A DNA stretch of 20,000 bases from an uncultured virus (IMG/VR IMGVR_UViG_3300035208_000846) (taxonomy: Duplodnaviria > Heunggongvirae > Uroviricota > Caudoviricetes), in the IMG/VR virus record IMGVR_UViG_3300035208_000846; one strand, given 5' to 3'. Of the stretch, positions 1-6,522 are shown piece by piece; position 1 is the first letter of the stretch, and the number at the start of each line of letters is the position of its first letter. Both the position numbers and the translations under genes were made by a program. The notes beneath the pieces were generated by a model that was not told the DNA's origin, searched no databases, and saw nothing but the letters and a program-made list of their open reading frames with translations.

Positions 1-713
1 TTTCCGAACCGATCCTCGCGGTACTTATCCTTCCTACGGGGTTCCTCAAGCTCCCCGCTAGGCGTAGTCTCTTCGGCGTCTTCGTCTACCTCGTCAGGTG
101 GGTTTTCTGGCGTTTTTGGATCGTGGCACACGGCGCATTCGCCGTCATCGTCCTCCAACTCGCTGCCACAATGTGGGCAAGGTACGTGGGTTGGGGTATC
201 GTTTTCACCCTCCGTCTGGGTTATATCACTGTCAACGTTGACAGTGACCTCCCCCGTTGGTTGGGTTTTTGTTTTGGATTCAGCCTTGATGTTGGAAATG
301 AATGTGTTGCTGACTCCCAAATGCTCGGCCAGTTTCCGATCTGTGAGGTTTTTCGACATCGGGTGAGCAATCGCGTCGCGCGTACACTTCCGCTTGTCGG
401 CGATGGTGCGTCTCAGGCCGTGGGCCTTATTCGCGCCGTAACTAGCCCACTGTGCCTTCTCCAATGTGCTCCTAGTTACGTCGCATGGCACACGTTCATG
501 TCCTAGTCGTTTGTACGCCTCAAGGCGATGAAACCCATCGACGAGCCAATAAACTTTGCCGTCGTAATGAACTTCGAGCGGAGGAAGGATTTCTCCGTCC
601 TGAATGTCCGTCATGTACTCCTTGACGACGGACTCAGTGATTGCGACTCTGCTCTGCGTTCCGCCGCTGGTGCTGATCTGGTCCACTCGAATCATTGCTG
701 CTGTTGCGATCAT
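1..713 (-). CDS. ParB N-terminal-domain protein with HTH and CxxC..CxxC zinc ribbon (3' end runs off the window; absent from the ORF track)
   Basis: Manual translation from ATG 713 (SD CAGGAG): MIATAAMIRVDQISTSGGTQSRVAITESVVKEYMTDIQDGEILPPLEVHYDGKVYWLVDGFHRLEAYKRLG...ANKAHGLRRTIADKRK...LTDRKLAEHLGVSNTFISNIK...CPHCG...CAVCHD. It has the ParB-type LVDGFHRLEA motif and an HTH, and stays open to base 1. Confidence 0.88.
   Translation of the reverse strand, partial: MIATAAMIRVDQISTSGGTQSRVAITESVVKEYMTDIQDGEILPPLEVHYDGKVYWLVDGFHRLEAYKRLGHERVPCDVTRSTLEKAQWASYGANKAHGLRRTIADKRKCTRDAIAHPMSKNLTDRKLAEHLGVSNTFISNIKAESKTKTQPTGEVTVNVDSDITQTEGENDTPTHVPCPHCGSELEDDDGECAVCHDPKTPENPPDEVDEDAEETTPSGELEEPRRKDKYREDRFG
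226..247. repeat. Perfect 22-bp palindrome inside the ParB-like gene
   Basis: TCACTGTCAACGTTGACAGTGA is its own reverse complement. Confidence 0.9.
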
Positions 714-858
714 CCATAAGCTCCTGTCTGACGATGCGGCATTCCGTGGGTGCGTCGATTCCGAGACGCACCGCATTGCCTTTGATTCCGACAACAGTAA
801 TCGTGATGTTGTCGCCGATGATGATGCTTTCGTACCTTCTTCTGCTGATTACCAGCAT
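634..858 (-). CDS. csrA: Carbon storage regulator CsrA/RsmA-family RNA-binding protein
   Basis: MLVISRRRYESIIIGDNITITVVGIKGNAVRLGIDAPTECRIVRQEL matches the CsrA consensus (ML.LSR..GE.I.IGD.I.V.V....G..VRLGI.AP....I.R.E); SD AAGGAG. Confidence 0.95.
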   Translation of the reverse strand: MLVISRRRYESIIIGDNITITVVGIKGNAVRLGIDAPTECRIVRQELMDDRNSSNDSSGPDQHQRRNAEQSRNH

Positions 859-883
859 GGGTCACTCCTTGGTTGGTTGCGGG

Positions 884-1075
884 TTAATCCTCTAGAAACT
901 TGTGGTCAAGTCCGACCTGTTCGATGTCAGCGAGTATCGCGACGGCTTCTTGCAACTCGGCTTGCAGCCGCTCGATCTCAGCCTCCAGCCGCTCGATCTC
1001 AGCCTCCAGCCGCTCGATCTCGGCCGCCTGTACCACCAGCCTCCGTTTCGCGTCGCACAAGGCGTCGTGGATCAC
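884..1075 (-). CDS. Small coiled-coil phage protein with (AEIERLE)n repeats; start uncertain
   Basis: GTG at 1075 overlaps the upstream TGA (GTGA). Heptad repeat AEIERLEAEIERLEAEIERLQ. Confidence 0.65.
   Translation of the reverse strand: MIHDALCDAKRRLVVQAAEIERLEAEIERLEAEIERLQAELQEAVAILADIEQVGLDHKFLED
965..1027. repeat. 3 x 21-bp tandem repeat (coding heptad)
   Basis: CAGCCGCTCGATCTCAGCCTC twice, plus a slightly diverged third copy. Confidence 0.95.
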
Positions 1076-1185
1076 GCACACCACTCGCAAGTGAAATTCA
1101 CGTCGGGCTCGCACTGGCACCCATTGACTAGGTGTGTTGTGTCTGCCAGCTCGATCACCGCATCAAGTTCGCTGTATTCGCTCAT
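1072..1185 (-). CDS. 37-aa Cys-rich peptide (or the 5' half of a frameshifted gene continuing into 884-1075)
   Basis: MSEYSELDAVIELADTTHLVNGCQCEPDVNFTCEWCA; SD AAAGGTG; ATGA overlap with the upstream gene. Confidence 0.6.
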   Translation of the reverse strand: MSEYSELDAVIELADTTHLVNGCQCEPDVNFTCEWCA

Positions 1186-1361
1186 CGTTTCACCTTTCGT
1201 TTGGTTGTGTCGCCGCACTCAAGCATCAATTCCAAATTCGCAATCCATGCACGCATGGTGCTGGCCTCCGTTTCCAGCCGCTTGATCTCCTCTGCCTGTA
1301 CCCTGATGGTTGCGTGCAGTTCAGCCACCCGGAGAACAGTCTCAGGTGTTATGTCAGTCAT
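1182..1361 (-). CDS. 59-aa hypothetical protein, N-terminal paralog of 1868-2119
   Basis: MTDITPETVLRVAELHATIRVQAEEIKRLE... versus MADITPDTVHRVAELQEAVRAQVAEIERLQ; SD GGAGGTG. Confidence 0.75.
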   Translation of the reverse strand: MTDITPETVLRVAELHATIRVQAEEIKRLETEASTMRAWIANLELMLECGDTTKRKVKR

Positions 1362-1629
1362 CGTTCACCACCTCCACAAACTGCCGGCAGCGGACACGGC
1401 CAGGAAGTTTGAGCAGGTCGGCGCTGTGCTTGCTGTCGTGGTAGCTCACATGGCCGTCCTCGTACTCGTTCCGCCAGAGTTCGGTGGGTGCCACGCGGTA
1501 ATCGCACCCTGCGAAATTCCAGACCGGCTCGTCGTCGTCATACCACTCCTTGCCGCCATGCGGTCGGCACTGAATCTGCTTGCCGCGTTTGGCGGCTTGC
1601 AGAACGTCGATCCTCTCGTCAAGGGTCAT
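1354..1629 (-). CDS. Hypothetical phage protein (91 aa)
   Basis: MTLDERIDVLQAAKRGKQIQCRP...WYDDDEPVWNFAGCDYRV; SD GGAGG; ATGA overlap. Confidence 0.8.
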   Translation of the reverse strand: MTLDERIDVLQAAKRGKQIQCRPHGGKEWYDDDEPVWNFAGCDYRVAPTELWRNEYEDGHVSYHDSKHSADLLKLPGRVRCRQFVEVVNDD

Positions 1630-1871
1630 GCTTTCCTCCATCCTTCCTGTCGTTTCGTTTTCGCCCGCGCTGCACTGTACTCCGGCAGTGGGAGCCGACA
1701 ACCGTATGCAACACGGTACAGGCAGCACGCGCTGTAATCGCCAGTGTTGCGCGAGCCGGCCAGCGTCGCGTCTCGAATCCTGTATAACCCTGGCTCGAAA
1801 CACCGCCGGCCGATACACTCAGCATCGAGGAAGTTGTACTCGTGCTTGTCGCATTTTTTGCGGTAGATCAT
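1626..1871 (-). CDS. Cys-rich hypothetical protein (81 aa)
   Basis: Tiles with both neighbours through ATGA overlaps; SD AAGGTG. Confidence 0.65.
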   Translation of the reverse strand: MIYRKKCDKHEYNFLDAECIGRRCFEPGLYRIRDATLAGSRNTGDYSACCLYRVAYGCRLPLPEYSAARAKTKRQEGWRKA

Positions 1872-2119
1872 TTCACCTTCATCTTGTCGATCTCCTTGTC
1901 AACCGCGTCATCTACGGTGCGGCCGGTCGCGTACATCGCGCGGAAACGATAGCTATTTTCTCCGTCCATTTTCGGCGAGAGCGTCTGCGCAAGTTCGGAA
2001 CGCACGTAACGCCACCGTCGAGCGTCGGCTTGCAGCCGCTCGATCTCGGCTACCTGCGCCCTGACGGCTTCTTGCAGCTCGGCTACCCGGTGAACGGTGT
2101 CAGGCGTGATGTCAGCCAT
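1868..2119 (-). CDS. Hypothetical phage protein (83 aa) with DARRWRYVR...VDDAVD motif
   Basis: ATG 2119 follows GGGAGAGG; resembles the common phage DA.RY/WRW/YLR...LD.AID small-protein pattern. Confidence 0.8.
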   Translation of the reverse strand: MADITPDTVHRVAELQEAVRAQVAEIERLQADARRWRYVRSELAQTLSPKMDGENSYRFRAMYATGRTVDDAVDKEIDKMKVK

Positions 2120-2399
2120 CCCTCTCCCCCCTTTGCTCGAAATGCACGCAGCCGAACATCGGACCAGTCTGAAACATCGCATCATACCCTTCAGAGTCCG
2201 AGTAACTCAGTTCGTCGTTCTCAGGTGGCGGCAGGTCGTCATCGCCCCAACTGCGATCAACAAACTTCTCGCACAGACACGTTCCATGCCCTGGCTTCGG
2301 CCAATGCCCAAGATTCACATTCTCCCACGTGACCCAATAGGTTCCGCGTGGCGCCTTCTTGTGCGGCTTCCAAAACGCGCAGTCTTTGCATCTATTCAT
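2112..2399 (-). CDS. Cys/His metal-binding protein (CKDC..W...C.C.KFV...FGCVHF), paralog of 6289-6522
   Basis: SD GAGGTG; shares its motif pattern with 6289-6522. Confidence 0.8.
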   Translation of the reverse strand: MNRCKDCAFWKPHKKAPRGTYWVTWENVNLGHWPKPGHGTCLCEKFVDRSWGDDDLPPPENDELSYSDSEGYDAMFQTGPMFGCVHFEQRGERDG

Positions 2400-2408
2400 T
2401 GTTTCACC

Positions 2409-2819
2409 TCAGTTCTCCCTTAGGTACTTACTCCACCAGCCGCGTTCTCCCCGCATGATGGCGTCCCACTCCTTGTCCGCTTGCGCCATGCCCCACCCCA
2501 TACCAACATCGGGATTGGAATCGTGCCATGCAATCAGTAGGCACTTTATCACTTTCCGCAATCGCTGAATCTCGGCTTCCCTCTTCCTTAATAGGGCCGC
2601 CAGCACAACCACGGCGTCGATCGGACAGCCGCTTCCAGGATCGCCAGTGACTTTTGTGCGCCAATCCACAACGGCATCCGTGACTCGCTGCATCCAGTCC
2701 CGCAGCCGCTCGATCTCACCCTCCAGCCATTCGACGTATTCCGGCGAGTAGTATTCGACGGAGACTCCTCCGGCAAGAGTCTCGCGCCGGATGCGTGTGC
2801 CAGTGAAATTAGCCATCAC
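2409..2819 (-). CDS. Hypothetical protein with EIERLR coiled-coil segments
   Basis: SD GGAGGTG; tiles in the operon. Confidence 0.75.
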   Translation of the reverse strand: MMANFTGTRIRRETLAGGVSVEYYSPEYVEWLEGEIERLRDWMQRVTDAVVDWRTKVTGDPGSGCPIDAVVVLAALLRKREAEIQRLRKVIKCLLIAWHDSNPDVGMGWGMAQADKEWDAIMRGERGWWSKYLREN

Positions 2820-2957
2820 TCACCTCCAAATCAGTTGCATTAGTCCAGCCACCGCATACGCCATCCAGGCGCCGGCGACCATCACGATCCAGTCGAGCTG
2901 GTCGTCATGGTTGGCGGGGAGCCAGCGGTAGCGGCGTAGGAAGTCACGGTTGGTCAT
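2820..2957 (-). CDS. 45-aa membrane peptide
   Basis: MTNRDFLRRYRWLPANHDDQLDWIVMVAGAWMAYAVAGLMQLIWR; fills the gap between its neighbours; hydrophobic C-terminus. Confidence 0.6.
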   Translation of the reverse strand: MTNRDFLRRYRWLPANHDDQLDWIVMVAGAWMAYAVAGLMQLIWR

Positions 2958-3261
2958 CGGTAGGCTCCACGAGGCGGACGATCTCAAGTCCGCCGGCATA
3001 CGAGCTCGCCCTCAGCGCGGCATCCTCGCGTGTGGCGTGAAGCATGTACGGTTTGCCGTCACGTCGGAATGTCGCCCACACCTCGCGTAACTTGCAGACG
3101 ACGCGGTATTCACCAGCGAACACGAAGCGAAGCCACAGATATTCGTCGCTGGCTTTCTGCCGAAATTCGATCTCCGCCTCCCTACCGGCTTCAATCGCCG
3201 TGATCGTCTCGCAGAGAGCGTTGCGGAGTTGTTTCATGGCGGTCAGTTTGTCGTCGTTCAT
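2944..3261 (-). CDS. Hypothetical protein (105 aa)
   Basis: SD GAGGAGG; operon tiling. Confidence 0.75.
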   Translation of the reverse strand: MNDDKLTAMKQLRNALCETITAIEAGREAEIEFRQKASDEYLWLRFVFAGEYRVVCKLREVWATFRRDGKPYMLHATREDAALRASSYAGGLEIVRLVEPTDDQP

Positions 3262-3264
3262 CTG

Positions 3265-3438
3265 TCAGTCCTCCTCGTCGTAAACGGAATCCATGCCGCT
3301 GCCGAACGCCTCGTCGATGCAGGGTTTGCACTCGTCTACGTAGATCGTTGTCACACCTGTTACGCTGTCCGTGCTGACGCGCTTCTGCCGAAGTTCCGTG
3401 TCGCAGTAATGGCAGCGGATGATGATGTCGGGGTTCAT
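3265..3438 (-). CDS. Small CxxC...CxxC zinc-binding protein (57 aa)
   Basis: MNPDIIIRCHYCDTEL...DECKPCIDEAF; SD AAGGAG. Confidence 0.75.
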   Translation of the reverse strand: MNPDIIIRCHYCDTELRQKRVSTDSVTGVTTIYVDECKPCIDEAFGSGMDSVYDEED

Positions 3439-3460
3439 TTCAGACTCTCCTTCAGGCATG

Positions 3461-3514
3461 AAAAAACCCCCGCCGGCCTGCCGTGGAATTGAGACACGGC
3501 GAACCGACGGGGGG
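3461..3514 (-). terminator. Rho-independent terminator-like hairpin downstream of the integrase
   Basis: Minus strand CCCCCGTCGG-ttc-GCCGTG-loop-CACGGC-agg-CCGGCGGGGG followed by T6. Confidence 0.65.
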
Positions 3515-3553
3515 CGGTGCCGCGACGACGAGCCGCGGCGGCCGTACTGCTAT

Positions 3554-4423
3554 TCAGACAACTCGCGGCAGAACGCCGACGAGACTGTGACCGCAGAATC
3601 GCGGGTCGATGTATCGACGTGTCATCGACTCGCGCGTATGGCCGAGAGCCTGTCGTGCCAGGTCGAGCGAACCATTGGCAGCGGCTAGCGTGGCGGTTGT
3701 GCGTCTCAGAGCGTGGAATGCGTGGTAGCGGTCGGTCGGCAATCCGGCGCGTCCGACAATCCGCTTTAACGCCGCAAATAACTGCCGGTGCTGGTACGGC
3801 CAGGGAAATATTGGCTCGCCATTCCAGCCCATTGCGTGGATCGTCTCCAGCGCCTCTTGCGGCAATTGCACGAGTTGGCCGAAGGCGGTCTTGGCATCTG
3901 CACTCACAAGACGCATCCAGCCGGTCGTTCTGTCCAGGTCGGCTTGCTGAACGCTGATGAGTGCCGAGATACGAGCCCCCGACCAATACAGGCAGAGAAT
4001 CACGGCTCGCCACCAGGCGGCCTTGGGAATCGCCGTCCCGCGAATCATCGCACGCTCGAACCGGCAGGAGTCGAGAATCGCGGCCACCTGCTCCAGTGTT
4101 AGAGCGATTGGCGGGTCGTAGGGTATCGCCACTCGCGGCACTTCGGCGTCTCGCGGGTCTTCGCTGGTGAGTTTCCTCCGCCAGGCGAAATGCCAGAGAG
4201 TAAGAATGTCTCCCCGCTCGCGGCGAACCGTCCGCGGGGAGACCTGCCCCAGTCGAGAGGCGAGACAGTTTAGGAAGGTGGTTTCGCTGAAGTCCGCAAC
4301 AGTCGGAGTGCGGCCGAGATGCTTTGCGAAGGCTCGGACAGAGTACCGGAGTTGATCGGCCGAAGAGGCTTTCAGTTGCGGGCGGTAGAGCTTGTAGAGT
4401 GATATAAGCGCATACAAATCCAC
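3554..4423 (-). CDS. int: Tyrosine recombinase / phage integrase
   Basis: Catalytic motifs SGARISA (R), DAKT (K), FHALRRT (HxxR), LGH and TRRY (Y). Likely GTG start at 4423 after GGAGG; the reading frame is open further upstream. Confidence 0.93.
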   Translation of the reverse strand: MDLYALISLYKLYRPQLKASSADQLRYSVRAFAKHLGRTPTVADFSETTFLNCLASRLGQVSPRTVRRERGDILTLWHFAWRRKLTSEDPRDAEVPRVAIPYDPPIALTLEQVAAILDSCRFERAMIRGTAIPKAAWWRAVILCLYWSGARISALISVQQADLDRTTGWMRLVSADAKTAFGQLVQLPQEALETIHAMGWNGEPIFPWPYQHRQLFAALKRIVGRAGLPTDRYHAFHALRRTTATLAAANGSLDLARQALGHTRESMTRRYIDPRFCGHSLVGVLPRVV

Positions 4424-4623
4424 GATGTCCTCCGTGCTGCCGATCTGCCCGCAACGAAAGCCTAGCTTCCATTTTTGGCAGGTCAAATGCGCAGCCGAAC
4501 ATGCACATCGTGGGAATCCATTTCCCGGCACATCCATGCAGCGGCCATCAATGACCACTCCATAACACCGGGAATCTCGACCGGGTTGCACCCGCCGAGT
4601 GCGGCCAGCGAGCCGCGTCAGAA

Positions 4624-4648
4624 GGTGCTTATTTTTGGTATAAGCACC
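4624..4648. promoter_or_regulatory. 9-bp inverted repeat with 7-bp spacer (operator or recombinase core-type site)
   Basis: GGTGCTTAT-ttttggt-ATAAGCACC, directly downstream of the -10 box of the putative int promoter. Confidence 0.55.
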
Positions 4649-4678
4649 ATGTTAGCAAATATCTGCCGATCCTGTCAA
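4649..4678 (-). promoter_or_regulatory. Putative sigma70 promoter for int
   Basis: TTGACA-18 bp-TAACAT with an extended -10 TG. Confidence 0.6.
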
Positions 4679-4724
4679 GCAGATTTCAGGGAACCAGAGA
4701 AAGTTTCCCTAAGTGCAGACTGCA

Positions 4725-4934
4725 CTAAGACTTGCGTCCGATCCACTTTGGGTTTCCCATCGGTGGAGGCGTGAATTTGCGAACGTCCTCGTCGCGGATC
4801 AGCCAGGATTTGCCGATTCGGATAGCCGGCAGCATCCCCATTCTGATGTAGCGACAGACGTTTCCGTGGCTACGGCCGATGATTTCGGCTGCTTGCGTGA
4901 CGGTGTGGTATCCTTCGAGAGCCATGATGCACAT
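4725..4934 (-). CDS. Excisionase-like (HTH_17/MerR-like) DNA-binding protein
   Basis: YHTVTQAAEIIGRSHGNVCRYIRMGMLPAIRIGKSWLIRDEDV is a typical Xis-type winged HTH; it lies between the tRNA fragment and int. Start is 4934 or 4925. Confidence 0.88.
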   Translation of the reverse strand: MCIMALEGYHTVTQAAEIIGRSHGNVCRYIRMGMLPAIRIGKSWLIRDEDVRKFTPPPMGNPKWIGRKS

Positions 4935-4968
4935 GACTATATTGTAGCAGTCATTCGTCAAGATACAA
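4933..4968 (-). promoter_or_regulatory. Putative promoter for a leaderless HTH transcript, overlapped by an ATGACT-N10-AGTCAT inverted repeat
   Basis: TTGTAT-16 bp-TACAAT (extended TG) 6 nt before ATG 4934; no SD; inverted repeat at 4933-4954. Confidence 0.45.
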
Positions 4969-5038
4969 TAGTTTGTGGCTGGCTGTACCATGGGATAAGC
5001 GCCCATCCGGTCCTTACGGATGCCGGCAACCAGCCAAA

Positions 5039-5090
5039 TGCGGGAAGGGGGATTTGAACCCCCACCTTCGAGCGAAGACTAGGCCCTCAA
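5039..5090 (-). mobile_element. 3' half of tRNA-Leu(GAG), putative attP identity block
   Basis: TTGAGGG (anticodon loop) CCTAG, long variable arm CTTC-gctc-GAAG, T arm GGGGG-TTCAAAT-CCCCC, acceptor 3' strand TTCCCGC-A. No D arm or 5' strand upstream; next to xis/int. Confidence 0.85.
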
Positions 5091-5214
5091 CGAACCGTGC
5101 TTTTCGGCGTGTTTAGGAGCGAAACATAGCGCGGTTTTCGAGAAGAACGCCAGGACTTGAACGATCGGCCGATTTTCATAGACTGACGGGTGAGCCTGTT
5201 TCCCATCTTGGTCC

Positions 5215-5247
5215 CCGGGGGCGCGGTCGAACAGGCCGCGCCCCCGG
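5215..5247 (+). other. 14-bp GC-rich hairpin (terminator or mRNA-stabilising stem)
   Basis: CCGGGGGCGCGGTC-gaaca-GGCCGCGCCCCCGG then TCCTTTT. Confidence 0.55.
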
Positions 5248-5265
5248 TCCTTTTGGAGCCGAGTC

Positions 5266-5403
5266 ATGCCGAAAGAAATCAAAGGTCGAAAACTCACGGC
5301 CAAGGACCACCGCCAATGGCGCAAGGTGAACGAGTCCGCCGGGCCAGCCGCTGCGACCGCCGCCGTGAAGAAGTCCATCGCCAAACGATCGAGGAAAAAG
5401 TGA
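5266..5403 (+). CDS. 45-aa basic peptide
   Basis: MPKEIKGRKLTAKDHRQWRKVNESAGPAAATAAVKKSIAKRSRKK; SD GGAG. Confidence 0.65.
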   Translation: MPKEIKGRKLTAKDHRQWRKVNESAGPAAATAAVKKSIAKRSRKK

Positions 5404-5408
5404 TCCAT

Positions 5409-5669
5409 ATGCACTGCACACGATGCGACGGTACTGGATTCCTGAACGCCGATCAACTCCCGGAGGGATTGCTCGACGCAGTCGGCTACGACGGAGTCCT
5501 CGACTGGATTGACCGCCAACCTGCCGGCGAGACAGACGCGGCTGTCTGCGACTGCTGCGGAGACGGTGAGGGCTGGTATGGCACCCCAGGCGAGCACTAT
5601 GGGCCGGACGATCCACCTGGAGACCGTGGGCCTTATGCGAATAACGGCGGCTTGTGCAAGTGCCATTGA
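5409..5669 (+). CDS. Zinc-finger protein with DnaJ-like CxxCxGxG motifs
   Basis: MHCTRCDGTGF...VCDCCGDGEG...CKCH. Confidence 0.75.
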   Translation: MHCTRCDGTGFLNADQLPEGLLDAVGYDGVLDWIDRQPAGETDAAVCDCCGDGEGWYGTPGEHYGPDDPPGDRGPYANNGGLCKCH

Positions 5670-5689
5670 GACAAGAAGGAAGAAGTAAC

Positions 5690-5893
5690 ATGATCCCCGA
5701 CGACGTTCTCACCCTCCTCTCGACGACCAGCGACCCGAAGATCATCAAGATTTGGTTCCCGACGCTGATCCGCGAAATCCGGGAACTCCAAAAGCGCGTC
5801 AACCCGCCGGTCGTGTACGTTGACGCTTCCCTCCCATCGGAGTCAGAACCATGCAAGACGACCGACAAACCCCCGGCTGGATCGTCGTCCTGA
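5690..5893 (+). CDS. Hypothetical protein (67 aa)
   Basis: ATG 5690 after AAGGAAG. Confidence 0.6.
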   Translation: MIPDDVLTLLSTTSDPKIIKIWFPTLIREIRELQKRVNPPVVYVDASLPSESEPCKTTDKPPAGSSS

Positions 5894-6003
5894 TCTTCTT
5901 TGCCATCCTGATCGGGATCGCGAAGTTCGCCGACCTGACCGGATGCCACTCGGCCAACAACGGCCTCTGGGAAGAGGATGTCAGCTCCCAGTACGGGATA
6001 TGA
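5851..6003 (+). CDS. 50-aa membrane protein, possible lipoprotein
   Basis: MQDDRQTPGWIVVLIFFAILIGIAKFADLTGCHSANNG...; TM helix then LTGC; SD GGAG; ATGA overlap with the next gene. Confidence 0.6.
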   Translation: MQDDRQTPGWIVVLIFFAILIGIAKFADLTGCHSANNGLWEEDVSSQYGI

Positions 6004-6107
6004 CTCACACCATGTTTGACGGTAGCGGAATCATCGTCTGGACTATCATTCTGGGCTTTCTGATAATCCTGATCGACGACCTCACTGACAGGAAGCCGCC
6101 ATGCTGA
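6000..6107 (+). CDS. 35-aa single-TM peptide
   Basis: MTHTMFDGSGIIVWTIILGFLIILIDDLTDRKPPC. Confidence 0.55.
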   Translation: MTHTMFDGSGIIVWTIILGFLIILIDDLTDRKPPC

Positions 6108-6292
6108 CCCGCCGCTCGTTCATCGCCACAATCGCCGGCCTCCCAATCCTCGGCAGGATATTCCGCAAGGAACCCGAGAAGCTGCCCTGGAAGGCGTGGG
6201 TAGTCAAGACAAAGAGGATACGTCTGTCGGACCTGCCAAAACTCTACCATCTCGAAGGGCAATCAGGCTGGAAACGAACAGGTAGGCCGTGA
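6101..6292 (+). CDS. Small protein with a twin-arginine-like N-terminus
   Basis: MLTRRSFIATIAGLPILG matches the Tat consensus S/T-R-R-x-F-L/I. Confidence 0.7.
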   Translation: MLTRRSFIATIAGLPILGRIFRKEPEKLPWKAWVVKTKRIRLSDLPKLYHLEGQSGWKRTGRP

Positions 6293-6522
6293 TGGGACAC
6301 TGTAAAAACTGCCGCCACTGGACAGGCAACGAATGGCCTCGCTGCACATGCGACAAGTTCGTCTGGGATGACGGCGAAGTTGATGTCCCACAAGACGGCG
6401 TTTTGATCGCGCGGGCAGTCGCCGACCAGCCATACATCCTCACCGCCCCAGGGTTCGGTTGTTTCCACTTCTCATCCCGTCGGAAATACATCGAAGAACT
6501 CAACACCGGCACCGGCAACTAG
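6289..6522 (+). CDS. Cys/His metal-binding protein, paralog of 2112-2399
   Basis: CKNCRHW...CTCDKFV...TAPGFGCFHF. Confidence 0.8.
   Translation: MMGHCKNCRHWTGNEWPRCTCDKFVWDDGEVDVPQDGVLIARAVADQPYILTAPGFGCFHFSSRRKYIEELNTGTGN

Noticed and set aside
965..1027. CRISPR-like array
   Set aside because: These are head-to-tail 21-bp units without spacers that encode a coiled-coil heptad.
4568..4576. CCGGGAATC, identical to loop 2 of element copy 2
   Set aside because: It has no flanking stems or partner hairpin and lies antisense to the local transcription direction; probably chance.
5039..5130. Complete functional tRNA gene
   Set aside because: There is no D arm, 5' acceptor strand or 5' anticodon stem (CTAGG) upstream; only the 3' half is present.
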